Shown piece after piece: positions 28,360 through 38,961 of a DNA stretch of 64,000 bases. Under the pieces are notes generated by a model that worked only from the letters and a program-made list of their open reading frames with translations, did no database searches and was not told where the DNA came from. The position numbers were made by a program, and so were the translations under genes. The first letter of the stretch is position 1; the number at the start of each line of letters is the position of its first letter. The stretch comes from Mobula hypostoma (lineage: Eukaryota), in the NCBI RefSeq assembly GCF_963921235.1, contig NC_086097.1:161822001-161886000 (forward strand), given 5' to 3'.

Positions 28360-29630
28360 TGAAACATAGAAACATAGAAAACCTACAGCACAATACAGGC
28401 CCTTCGGCCCACAAAGCTGTGCCGAACATGTCCTTACCTTGGAAATTGCCTAGGGTTACCCATAGTCCTCTATTTTTCTAAGCTCCATGTACCTGTCCAG
28501 GAATATTTTTTTTTAGTGTGTCGCACCAGACAATCAGCCATTCTTGTCTGGCGCTTGGTGTCAGATTGGTCTCCTTTCGGATTAACCGGGTCACGATATG
28601 AACGTTCCTGACTCGACTTTTTTTTTTTACGAGGCCAAGTGGCTAGCTCGATGCTCAACCCAGAACGGATAGAAAGTGTGCTCAGGGTGGCCCAACTTGG
28701 ATTCGAACTCGGGAGCCTTCGCTCCACAGCCCAGCGCTGATGCCATTGTGCCACCAGCCGGCCAGGAGTCTCTTAAAAGACCCTATCGTATCTGCCTCCA
28801 CCACCATTGCCAGCAGCCCATTCCACGCACTCAGCATTTTGTGCATGTAAACAAAAAACTTACCCCTGACATGTCCTCTGTACCTACTTTCAAACACCTT
28901 AAAACTGTGCTCTCGCATGCTAGCCATTTCACACCTGAGAAAAAGCCCTGACTATCCACATGATCAATGTCTCTCATCATCTTGTACACCTCTATCAGGT
29001 CATATCTTATCCTCCATCGCTTCAAGGAGAAAAGGCCAAGTTCACTCAACCTATTCTTGTAAGGCATGTTCCGCAATCCAGGCAACATCCTTGTAAATCT
29101 CCTCTGCGTCCTTCTATGGTTTCCACATCCTTCCTGTAGTGAGGTGACCAGAACTGAGCACAGTACTCCAAGTGGGGTCTGGCCGGGGTCCTATATAGCT
29201 GCAATATTACCCCTCTGCTCCTAAGCTCAACCCCACGATTGATGAAGGCCAATGCACCGTATGCTTTCTTAACCACAGAGTCAATCTGTGCAGCAGCTTT
29301 GAGTGTTCTATGGACTCGCACCCCAGGATCCCTCTGATCCTCCACACTACCAAGAGTCTTACCATTAATACTATATTCTGCCATCATATTTGACCTACCA
29401 GAATGAACCACCTCACGCTTATCTGGGTTGAACTCCATCTGCCACTTCTCAACCCAGTTTTGCATCCTATCAGTGTCCCTCTGTAACCTCTGACAGCCCT
29501 CCACACTATCCACAGTAACCCCAATCTTTGTGTTGTCAGCAAATTTACTAACCCATCCCTCCACTTCTTCATCCAGGTCGCTTATAAAAATCACAAAGAG
29601 TAGGGGTCCCAGAACAGATCCCTGAGGCAT
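28360..29630 (-). mobile_element. 5'-truncated CR1 LINE with a SINE insert
   Basis: [30 protein letters not shown]; (TTTCTATG)n tail. Confidence 0.92.
28503..28763 (-). mobile_element. tRNA-derived SINE
   Basis: Minus strand starts GGCCGGCTGG; A box TGGCACAATGG (28743-28753), B box GAGTTCGAATCC (28699-28710); internal and terminal A-runs; TSD AGGA. Confidence 0.88.
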
Positions 29631-30713
29631 ATACTTGTGGAATGATCTGCCTTGATGGCAAGAAATTGTTATGTTGCATATGATAGTTATAAATCAATTG
29701 CATTTGAACATTTGTAATAGAGAGTTTGCAGGAAATATCAAATGAATTGAGAAAACAAACACAGGAGTGGAAATGAGGCTAAACCTAGTATTATATTACC
29801 ATATACAGTACTACAATAAACTTCTGAAATTGTGTACCTGACTATTAAGGAGTGTTAGTGGGTGTAGACAATGACAAAAAGGATGTAAGTGGATAAATGA
29901 AGAGATATGCTTTAAGTACCAGTAAGAAATAAGAATTGCTATGTTGATAGATCGATGAAAGAGGAGTGTGTAGGATTTTCTGGATTTACAAAACTGAAGC
30001 TTTTGTAAAATATGAAAGTAAAATTAGGTGAAAAGGCTGGATGAAATGTGTCATGGATTTTAGGATATAGTGTATTATTTTGGATAGAAAGTGGTGTGGT
30101 TGTAATGTGAAAAAGTCACTGGAAGGACACTGAAGCTCGTGGATATAGAAGTGTTTTATTCAACAAAAATGAGCAGCAGACATCATAATGAGACACACAT
30201 GGAGGAAAAAGCCTCCCAACCCAGTATGACATGCCATTTTTATGGAAAGATCAAAGTTAATAGGACAATTCTATACTTGCAATGTATTGACAATGCTTCC
30301 TCTGAATTGCATATAGCTTTCACTCAACTCCTTCTTGGCAACCGCACTCTAGACACCCAAAATGAATGTTAATTGGCATTGTCTAGTTTGCAACCAGCCC
30401 CAGTCTACAACTCCAGGAAAACTATTATTCAGGGCTGAATTTTAAATTCAGTCTAAAATCCATGTTCATGTCTAAGATTGGTTGCTGGTGAAATTAATAT
30501 TTGCTAAAATTGTAGGCAAAGTCATAAGCAAACCATTAAAATCAAAGCTCATTGGGATTATTGGGAAAGAGGGAAATTGGATTCAAAATTTTTTGGTGAG
30601 TCTAAAGTTTGCTGGTTTTAATGATGAAGACTGATAGTTTTGTATTTCTACAGGGCTTGGTCCTTAGGCACTTGCTTCAGAATCGGAACCAGGTTTAATT
30701 TCACCGGCATATA

Positions 30714-31150
30714 TGAGGGGTGATTGATAAGTTTATGGCCTAAGGTAGAAAGGGTCAATTTTAGAAAACCTAGAGCATTTATTTTTCAACATAGTCCCCT
30801 CCTACATTTGCACACTTAGTCCAGCGGTCGTGGAGCATACGTATCTTGGACCTCCAGAAAGTGTCCGCAGCAAGGGTGATTGATAAGTTTGTGGCCTAAG
30901 GTAGAGGGAGATGAGTTATACAGCTCTCGTTACATGCACATGCAGTTCAACTCTTTGAGTGATTATGCAGGAAGTTTGAAGTTAATAATTAATCTCCTTC
31001 TACCTTGGGCCACAAACTTATCAATCACCCCTGCTGTGGACACTTTCTGGAGGTCCAAGATCCGTATGCTCCACGACCGATGGACTAAGTGTGTAAATGT
31101 ACGAGGGGACTATGTTGAAAAATAAATGTGCTAGGTTTTCTAAAATTGAC
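30714..31150. mobile_element. Foldback mariner-derived MITE
   Basis: TA-flanked TIR (GAGGGGTGATTGATAAGTTT); 159-bp inverted arms 30754-30912 and 30992-31150; the arm encodes the mariner C-terminus RWTKCVNVRGDYVEK*. Confidence 0.85.
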
Positions 31151-32099
31151 ACCCTCAGTTCTATCAGTTCTCCTTTATTCCTTGAAAACTGAACTTAAAT
31201 CAACTCTGAATCTTTAAAATTAGATTGAATACAGCTCTGGTTTGTACCAATCGATTGTAATTTAATCCTTGGCACCTCCATGGCTAGCCTTTGCTGAATC
31301 CAATATTGCTTTCTGTATTCCTAGTTCTGTACTCCTAGATGCTTGTCATAATTTCCACCCTTTTCCTCTTTAGTTTATATCTCCTCAACAAAAAGCAAGC
31401 AGTATATAAATCTTTTTTCCTTAATTTTGTCCTATGTTACATTAACTATATGTATATGGGATTATGAGTCTCATTATAGAACATAGAAATCTGCAGCACA
31501 TCACAGGCCCTTTGGCCCACAATCTTGTGCCGACCATGTACTCTAGAAGCTGCTTAGAATTTGCCTACTGCATAGCCCTCTATTTTTCTAAGCTCCATGT
31601 ACCCATTTGAGAGTCTCTTAAAAGTTCCTATTGTATCTACCTCTACCACCATCGCTCTTACATATATACATAGGTCTTATATATGTTACAGCTGTAACAT
31701 ATAGCTCTAACTCTTTGGAGCTCAAATCATCCTGGCTTTCGAAGGTTCATTACTATATTCTATAATTTTCAGATTTCAAGTGGATGAGTGTACATTGAGT
31801 TGTATTTTCTATAATTTTGTTCACTTATTTAGCCTATTAACTTGTAATCTCCTTGTAAATGTGTTTCCTTGTGTATTGCTCAGAGTGCCACTCATGTTTG
31901 TGGCAAACTTGGATGGTGTCTTGTTCTGTCACGCAAGGCATTTATTGTATTGAAAATAGTTGTAGCTTCAACATACTTCCTCCTGGATGCCATTATTGAA
32001 TCAGATTAATTTGATTACCTGTAAATTGTCATTACATCCACTTCGCAAATGTCATGAATGATAAATTATTTGCTTCCAGTTCCATAAGCTTAAACTTTG

Positions 32100-32241
32100 A
32101 GTAACGCAAACAACAGGAATTCTGCAGATGCTGGAAATTCAAGCAACACACATCAAAGTTGCTGGTGAACGCAGCAGGCCAGACAGCATCTCTAGGAAGA
32201 GGTACAGTCGACGTTTCAGACCGAGACCCTTCGTCAGAACT
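32100..32241 (-). mobile_element. Penelope-like terminal (pLTR) fragment with hammerhead motif
   Basis: Reverse complement of the 37576-37671 tail sequence. Confidence 0.85.
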
Positions 32242-32429
32242 TTGAGTATAAGCTTATGAGCGAACAAATGTATACAAGTAGCTTATCAGCATGCCCATCT
32301 GTTATTTTTTGTTTGAAAAATTGATAAGGCTAATCAGGCATGTGGTGCAGCATATATTTTGCAATGCGTTCAGTTAATGTTTGCTTAATTATAGACTTAA
32401 TAATTTCCTGATAATAAATGTTAAGATAG

Positions 32430-33620
32430 AACATAGAAAATAAAGTACAGCCCAGGAACAGGCCCTTTGGTCCTGAACTAAATTAATCCTTTCTGCCTGC
32501 ACAGTGTTCATATCCTTCTATTTCCTTGTAGCACATGCTCTATAATCCATACAGCATTTGGATAAACCTCTTCTGCTCCCTTTCAAGCTTTAGCATGTTA
32601 TAATTGGGCACCCAGAACTGAATGCAATACTCCAGATATGGCCTAATTAGAGTTTTATAAAGCTGCAACATAACTTCTTGATTCTTAAGCTCAGCTCCTT
32701 GACTAATAATGGCAAGTGCCATACATCTTTACTACCCTATCAACCTATGTAGCTACTTTCAGAGAACTATGGACTTGGAACTCAAGATCCCTCTGCTCAT
32801 CAACACTTGCCATTAACAGTGCACTTTCCCTTTACATTTGATTTGCTAAAGTGCAATGTTTCACATTTGACTGGGTTAAATTGTCTGCGATTTCTCTACC
32901 CATAACTGCAACTGATCTATTTCGCAATGTATCGTTTGCAATCTTCTGTGCTATTCACAGCACTACCAGTCTTCATATCGTCTACAAACTTACTACATTT
33001 TTATTGAAGTCATATCACAATCAGATGTCCCGGTACAGATGCCGATAAAACACCACTGATCACAGACCAACCACAATAAGACCCATTCGCCACTGCCCCC
33101 CCTCTGTCTGCCATGGGCAAGTCAATTCTGAATCCTAATAGCCAATTCACCGTGGGTCCCATAATCTTCTGGATGAGGCTCCTGTGAGGGACCTTATCAA
33201 ATGTCTTATTGAAGTCCATATAGACAACATCTACAGCTCTACCTCTACCAACCACTCTTGTCACCTCCTCAAAACTCAGTCAAGTTAGTTAAAACATAAC
33301 TTGTCCTGCTGCACGGAATGTCCCTAATTAGGCCATGGTAAATCCTATTCCCTGATACTGCTTCCCAATAACTCTCTACAACTTGTGTGAGTCTTGTCTA
33401 CAATTTCCAGAATTATCCATATTTCCCTTCTTGAATAATGGAGCAACATTAGCTACTTGGCAGTCCTCTGGAACCTCACCAGTGGCTGGAGCACACAAAG
33501 ATATTGGTCAAGGCCCCAGCAATCTCATCTCAATAACCTGGGGTATATTCTATCAGGTCCTGGTGACTTAATTTGCCTTAAAGGTTCTTTAAGAGACCCA
33601 ACACTACTTCCTTCTTTATC
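32430..33620 (-). mobile_element. Old CR1 LINE
   Basis: LQLYKTLIRPYLEYCIQFW, VDVVYMDFNKTFDKVPH. Confidence 0.8.
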
Positions 33621-33639
33621 TGACTTTGTGCCCGTCTCT

Positions 33640-34680
33640 CACTCCTCCAGGTTGAAAATCACCCAGGCTGTCTTCTGGGGTTCATCTGGGTTTCCAAGAT
33701 GGAGTGGGTCGGATAGGTGAAGGTGCACAAGACCCTGAACAGCAGGAGCAGAAACGTACCCAGTGTTGCCCTTGCCCTGATGATAATATTCACGTGTGAC
33801 TGCAGCAGATTGTCTGTGCAACCTAAGTACATGGGCACCAAGTACCACCATGTGCCAAGGTTCTGTCTTTCCCCAGTGTTGTGCAGTTTTCCAGACCAAC
33901 ACCTTTGACCACAAGTCCATGAGGCAGTGGTCCCCAAGTAATATTCTGCACACACTGCAGGAGAAGGACTCAATGAGTACAGAGGGGTGGTTTCCTGAGC
34001 AAAGTGCCCAGACCATCTGGTAGAATGCCTCATCGCCAGATCTCACCAACAGGCACCAAGATCTTGTTTGGCTGGTGGTAAGAGTGGCCCTGCCATTCAG
34101 ATCCTTCTAACATGTCTAGAACATCACTCCCACAGTGTGCTGTTCCAAGAAATCTGTAGTAGTGATGTTTGGTTTTGAAGAGGGTGTGGAGACAGATGCA
34201 ACAGCTTGTGTCATGTTTCATCTGAGCAGTTGTGTGACAGAGGACTCTCTGATCTACAGGTTGTTCCCAGAAACACACAGAGAAACAAACATTAAGTGTT
34301 GCTGGAAGATCACCAACTCAGTGAAAGATGCCTTTGTCTTCCGGAAACTTGCTGGTCTGCCAGCACATTGAGATGTCCATAGAGGAATGCTGCGGACTGG
34401 CACGTTCCAAGCTGCAGAAGAACGTGCTGAGGGATTCACTGAGGCTTGGTGGGGGTTCTTCTGCTACTGGCCAGGGAGAGGGCAGGTTGGAAGAGGAAGC
34501 CCCTCAGTTATTACAGTAGTGCATCGCCCCAGGGACCACATAGTGACAATAGTGTTACTGGCTTTAAGAAATGTAATTGAACAGGACTTAACTCCTGTCT
34601 AAGAATGTAAGAATGAAAAGGCATTGCACAGTTTATTCTTGTTAATATTTTGTTATTGGTAAAGTTTGTTTTGGTTAAAA
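33640..34680 (+). mobile_element. Degraded Tx1/L1-type LINE 3' region
   Basis: Broken C-terminal ORF2 motifs (WLVVRVALP, CWKITNSVKDA). Confidence 0.6.
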
Positions 34681-36279
34681 ATAGTCAAGAGAACTTTGTG
34701 AGATTTTACTGGAGACATCTGCATTGTTCACACTTGGATGCAAACTATAATGATTTGCTAGACCCCTTTTAATATTTTTTATGATTTGTATTTTAAAAAA
34801 ATCTTGATGAGACCTTCATCCTGATTGAGTATAGGGTTCTTGGGGTTGCATGACCTGTTCTTTTTTACTGTACTGTTAATTCAATGTATAATAATTATTG
34901 AATGTGTCAATATTCACTGAAAGCATTATTGGGTTTTTGAGAGACCCACTGAGCTTCTGTTCACAATTTTTTTGACATAATTCAAGAAATGTTTTTCAAG
35001 GACAGTATCGTTCCACCAAGCTAATTGATAACGGATTTTTATTTGCATTGTTGGCTCTATTAATTACACTTATTTTAATTTTGTGTTACTGACAAAATGA
35101 CACTGCCTGTCTTCAATAAATTTGACTGCTCTGAATGTTTTTTTAAAAAAGAGTGTGACAACTATCTGCCACGAAATACTGCATTGTTCTGGTATTTCTA
35201 CTTCTCTGAATTCTTGTGTTCTTTTCTCACTTTGCTCAACTTTATCTGTACTACATCACCTGCTTTATGTCAGATTCTGTAGGTGGAATAAAGAACTGCG
35301 CCGCACAGCAACAGTCCCATCTGCCATGATGTCTGTGCCACAATGATGCCAATTGCAATTAACCACATCTGCCTGCATGTGCTCAATATCCCTCCATTGC
35401 CTGCCTGTTCATGTGCCTGCCTTAAGCCAACATTGCAAAACGCAGTAATGAAATGCATTCATGAGGATCACCTCCAGTCTTGAGGACTGTTAGATCTGAC
35501 AAGTGAATGGCATAGGTTTATTCTGAACAGTCTCATTTCCTCTACTCATGTACTCCTCTGATGTTGTACTTTCAAATGATTCCATAAGTTTTTTTGGAAA
35601 GAGCTGCTTGTATAATACAGCATGTATTGGTTGTGTTAGCATAATGATTTCAAGTTCAAGTTTATTGCTATCTTACTGTATATACATACAACCAAACAAA
35701 ACAATGTTCCTCTGGATCTCAGTGCACTCACACACCATATATCTCATACGGCACATAAGACAAAATATTACACTTTAAATAAGTTAATAAAATATAATTC
35801 AAAATGCATGTAGTAAAGTGCACACAGGTAAACAGCTTGCTGTCCTAGTGACAAGACCTCAATGGTGCCAGGGTATCTATTTAGTTTCACAACCTAAGGG
35901 AAGAAGCTGTTGCCTAGTCTGGATGTTTCTGTACCCACTTCCTGATGGTAGTGGGTCAAAGAGATTGTAGGGTGGGTGAGGATGGGTGATAGAGATCCTC
36001 AACAATGCTTTGGGCCCTTCGTTTGCAACACTCCCAGTGAATGTCACAGCGAGGGGTGGGGGAGATGGAGGGAGACCCTGATATGCCTCTCAGCTGTTTT
36101 CACTTCCTCTGCAGGGTGTTGTGATCCAATGCCTTGCACGGTTTAAGTTTGGATAAGTATTGGCTTAGACTGTTGATGTAGACAGTCAGATTTGAAACCA
36201 CAATGATGTATGAGAAATTTAATTACTTGGTATTAAATACATATGAAGTAAGCTACAACCAATATTATTTATAATTGAG

Positions 36280-36560
36280 ATGCAGCGCAGATTAGACCCT
36301 TATAACCCTTCTAGCCCTTCAAGCCGTGCACCCCCAGTGACTCCTGATTTTGCCCTAGCTTAATCATGGGATAATTTACAAGGACTAGTTAACCTACTAA
36401 CTGGTATGTCTTTGGACTGTGGGAGGAAACCATTGCACCCGGAGAAAACACACTCATTCCATGGTGAGGACATATAGATTCCTTACAGATGACGTTGGAA
36501 TTGAACTCCAAACTCGAACGCCCCAAGGTGTAACAGCATCATGCTAACTGCTACACGACC
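36280..36560 (-). mobile_element. HE1/V-SINE-like element
   Basis: tttggactgtgggaggaaacc...cacccggagaaaac V-domain signature; a second degraded copy on + near 42480-42620. Confidence 0.65.
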
Positions 36561-36923
36561 ATTTAGTGGTCACGAAAACACTGATGTGTTGTGAAAACCT
36601 GTCTACTTCATAGAGGTTCTCAAGGGAAGTAAATTTGCCATTATCTTACCAAGTCTGGCATTTTAAGTGTTTCCAGATATACTAAAATGTGGTCGACTCT
36701 TGAATGTCCTTTCAAATGGATAACAAGCTACTTATTTCAGGGGAATTTGATAAACGCTGGCCTGGCGGAGAACATGCCAAGTTTCTTTAAAAAAAAATAA
36801 ATTGTGTTTCAAGTACTTTACAGATAATGAAGTATTTTTGAAGTGTAGTCACGGTTATAATGTGGAAAATATGGTAGCTGATTTGTGTTCAATAACATCC
36901 CACAAAAATGTTATAATAGATTA

Positions 36924-37671
36924 TAACACTTCACCTGTGAGTCCCTTCCAGGTGAGGCAATACTTCACCTGTGAGTCGACTGGGGTGATATACTGCGTCC
37001 GGTGCTCCCGATGTGGCCTTTTATATATTGGCGAAACCCGACGCAGACTGGGAGACCGCTTTGCTGAACATCTACGCTCTGTCTGCCAGAGAAAACAGGA
37101 TCTCCCAGTGGCCACACATTTTAATTCCACATCCCATTCCCATTCTGACATGTCTATCCACGGCCTCCTCTACTGTAAAGATGAAGCCACACTCAGGTTG
37201 GAGGAACAACACCTTATATTCCGTCTGGGTAGCCTCCAACCTGATGGCATGAACATGGACTTCTCTAACTTCTGCTAATGCCCCACCTCCCCCTCGTACC
37301 CCATCTGTTACTTATTTTTATGCACACATTCTTTCTCTCACTCTCCTTTTTCTCCCTCTGTCCCTCTGAATATACCTCTTGCCCATCCTCTGGGTCCCCC
37401 CCCCCCAACTGTCTTTCTTCCTGGACCTCCTGTCCCATGATCCTCTCGTATCCCCTTTTGCCTATCACCTGTCCAGCTCTTGGCTCTATCCCTCCCCCTC
37501 CTGTCTTCTCCTATCATTTTGGATCTCCCCCTCCCCCTCCAACTTTCAAATCCCTTACTCACTCTTCCTTCAGTTAGTCCTGACGAAGGGTCTCGGCCTG
37601 AAACGTCGACTGCACCTCTTCCTACAGATGCTGCCTGGCCTGCTGCGTTCACCAGCAACTTTGATGTGTGT
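36924..37671 (+). mobile_element. Young 5'-truncated Penelope-like element (GIY-YIG endonuclease C-terminus and tail)
   Basis: FTCESTGVIYCVRCSRCGLLYIGETRRRLGDRFAEH...HF...EQHLIFRLGSLQPDGMN; 10-bp TSD TAATAGATTA at 36914-36923 and 37672-37681. Confidence 0.93.
37576..37611 (+). ncRNA. Minimal type I hammerhead ribozyme
   Basis: AGTC-CUGACGA-AGG(GUCUCGG)CCU-GAAA-C-GUC^-GACU: intact core, helix I AGUC/GACU, palindromic ACGU helix III, predicted cleavage after 37607. Confidence 0.8.
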
Positions 37672-38439
37672 TAATAGATTACCTGTTTCTTTGTAGTTTG
37701 AGGAAAAATTGTTCACTCTACTGAGAGAAAGGCATTTGTTATAGGGTTTGGGAGCTGATGAGGTCTTGGTTTAACATCACACCCCAGACTGAGCAGCAGT
37801 CCTTCACTACTGCTCTCTAATACTACTCACTTAGGGTAACCCCTGCAGTAGTGTGACACTTCTCTGTATTGTGTGAGAAAAATATCTATAACTTCAAAAA
37901 AAGGTAATTTGATAATGGTGACATTTGTGTTGTGTTTAGCAAACAATTGTGCATCTGTATCATCATTATTTATTAACAATGATTTCTTTGAAGTTGAAAC
38001 AATTTTAAGGTGTATTCCATTTTGGTAACTCTTGCCAGCTGATAATGTTCTGTTTGAAAGCACTCATAAGATTAAAGCCTTGAAATCCAATAGGATATAT
38101 TTGGCAGTCAATTTAACGAATGTAGTTCGTCTTAAATTTTTACTCCCAAACTATTTGGGAAATATGGACGATTCCTCTGAGGATCAAGGAGCTAGCTGTG
38201 GTACTGATAGGTCAGTAATTATAGTGCTGTCCTAGTTTTGAGGCACTGCATGTTCAGACTTCAATGTTGCTATGTGTATTGTGACAACGAGTTCACTATT
38301 CATGTAGTGCGAGAACAGCAAGATGAACTAGAAGTTGCATAATTTTGTTACCTGATTTTAGATTTAATTTTAAGCAAAACAAACTTTTAGGGTAGGTGGG
38401 TGTCAGAGGCAATCTGCACAGATGCAGAAGGCACATCCG

Positions 38440-38570
38440 AAGGCATACAGTCATGACCTGGGTCAGATTTGATTTGCATTGAGGCTTCAGTTGAATTCTC
38501 TGGTTGGTTTCGTAAACAGGAGTCTGTGGGTGAGATTAGCATATTAATAAGGTGCTTGCTAATCAACTCC
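38440..38570 (+). promoter_or_regulatory. Candidate promoter/enhancer motif cluster upstream of the ptk2 alternative exon
   Basis: TGACCT-GGGTCA nuclear-receptor half-sites 38454-38465; octamer ATTTGCAT 38472-38479; forkhead GTAAACA 38512-38518; inverted GATTAGCA/TGCTAATC 38534-38564. Confidence 0.4.
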
Positions 38571-38915
38571 AAATGGAGCTGGCTGTAGGCTACAGAAGTG
38601 CTTTTAGCAGTTTGCACCGGAAAAGATGGCTTGGGTACACGGGAAACATGAGGAGAATCTGAAACTTGAACACAGGTCTGTGGATTTCTCTGCTGAAGAA
38701 ATTGTATGCTGTTCTGCACCACTGTGGAACCAGTAACAGGAGAACTAATGTGAAAACGCATATGAAAGGAAGCAGGGTTTTTGTTTTGCACTGAAGTGTC
38801 TTCCCAGCCCCCTGCTGGAACCCATACTGGCAGCATTGAATTGAGACATTGTATGCAGTAGCTTGACTAGTGTGTATGCTGGCAAGGCCTATTTCAAGAA
38901 GCAGGTGTCGTCTGT

Positions 38916-38961
38916 ATGGAGAAGAGCGGGTGCAGTCCATTCCCAGTATGCTGGGCTAAAG
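38916..38961 (+). CDS. ptk2: Alternative 5' coding exon of focal adhesion kinase (N-terminal extension MEKSGCSPFPVCWAK); remaining exons lie outside the window
   Basis: ATG at 38916 reads MEKSGCSPFPVCWAK plus G, then donor GTATTG at 38962 (phase 1). Matches my recall of the long mammalian PTK2 isoform N-terminus (...AGAIYMEKSGCSPFPVCWAKEYDRYLASSKIMAAAYLD), whose next exon supplies AA to complete E. Upstream in-frame residues (AGVVC) resemble AGAIY; in-frame TAG at 38868. Lies in repeat-poor sequence. Confidence 0.85.

Larger units (their letters stand above)
36805..37815 (-). mobile_element. Deu-domain SINE (AmnSINE/SacSINE-like), split by the Penelope insertion
   Basis: actttacagataatgaagtatttttgaagtgtagtcac...tcccacaaa resembles the Deu core as I recall it; resumes after the TSD at 37682. 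Confidence 0.6.

Noticed and set aside
28685..28763. Possible tRNA gene
   Set aside because: A/B boxes are followed by a SINE body, A tail and TSD, so it is a SINE head.
38164..38216. MDDSSEDQGASCGTD followed by AG|GTCAGT
   Set aside because: Phase-2 donor is out of frame with the expected next ptk2 exon, and no recognised homology.
38387..38940. 149-aa and 116-aa minus-strand ORFs in the unique island
   Set aside because: No recognisable motifs, non-ATG starts, antisense to the better-supported ptk2 exon.
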